A stretch of 63,509 bases of DNA from Octopus bimaculoides (lineage: Eukaryota), in assembly GCF_001194135.2 (NCBI RefSeq), contig NC_068987.1, positions 85,249,418 to 85,312,926 of the forward strand, read 5' to 3'. Under the pieces are notes generated by a model. That model saw nothing but the letters and a program-made list of their open reading frames with translations. It was not told where the DNA came from and made no database searches. The translations under genes were made by a program, and so were the position numbers. This document shows positions 62,831-63,509 of this stretch, one piece after another. Positions within the stretch are counted from its first letter, which is position 1; every line of letters starts with the position of its first letter.

Positions 62831-63509
62831 GGAAGAAAGGATAGAAGGAAGAGAGAAAACAGAGCGGGTATCATATATCGCTGTATATATGAACTTGAAA
62901 TAAGAGAGTGTCAAAGTTTAGAGAGAGAGAGAGAGACGGGGGAAATCATATGTAGAGATTTAGGAACCGATACATGCACAGCAGCAGAAGAAGAGTGAGA
63001 TAGATAGGTAGGTAGATAAGAGAGAGAGAGAGATGGAGGGAATGAGGGGGAGGAAGAGCTAGAGAAATCGAAAAGAAAGCAGAGGGAGAGAGAGAGAGAG
63101 AGAGACAGCGAGAGCAGGCTCTGTGTATGGCTGTGTGTGTTTCCGCTTGTGGTTTTCACGGCAGAGTGTGTGTCTCAGCTCGTATGGTTTAGGAGTTCTT
63201 ATTTGGGTGTAAGTTAGTGAGTGTGCCTTTCAGAGTTTGTGTGTGTCTTATGTGCTCTGCATAAGTGCGAATAGGCTTATGAGTGTATGTGTGTGTGTGT
63301 GTGTGTGTGTGCCAGTTATATATGTGTGCGTACGTGCCAGTGTGTGCGTTTGGAATGTTATAAGTTTTATTACGTGGTAGCAAGCTCAGCCATTTCCCTA
63401 ACATTAATTATTATCGCCACACGGAATGGTAAGACTGGAAATTGAGGAAATAGTATATACACACATACGTAACCAACATTAACACAGATTGATAGCAATG
63501 CATATATAT

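Overview
This is AT-rich, repeat-saturated animal genomic DNA from a draft assembly, with about 20 N-gaps that are almost all flanked by (TA)n, (CA)n or (GA)n runs. The repeat families and the extreme microsatellite density suggest an octopod cephalopod (Octopus-like); this is inference from recalled repeat sequences, not a database hit. Nearly all ORFs in the supplied track are artefacts of microsatellites or N runs. No cellular protein-coding gene can be named with confidence, so the window looks like large-intron or intergenic DNA. Supportable content: (i) more than 25 copies or fragments of at least 4-5 tRNA-headed SINE families; (ii) two near-identical 5'-truncated R4/Dong-clade LINE pieces with a restriction-like endonuclease (RLE), both sitting in (TAA)n arrays; (iii) a decayed RTE LINE 3' end; (iv) several MITE or foldback elements, including a Tc1/pogo-type MITE with a TA target-site duplication (TSD) inside a SINE; (v) large compound tri- and tetranucleotide arrays. 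The most interesting leads are three degenerate minimal hammerhead-ribozyme-like motifs, a clean 78-nt candidate exon (48334-48411) bracketed by inverted repeat copies, a 41-bp CCAAT/octamer-like tandem next to a triple TGATTTAT repeat, long foldback hairpins, a possibly internally inverted SINE, and nested insertions that give a relative chronology. I cannot support a claim of a wholly new biological system from the sequence alone.
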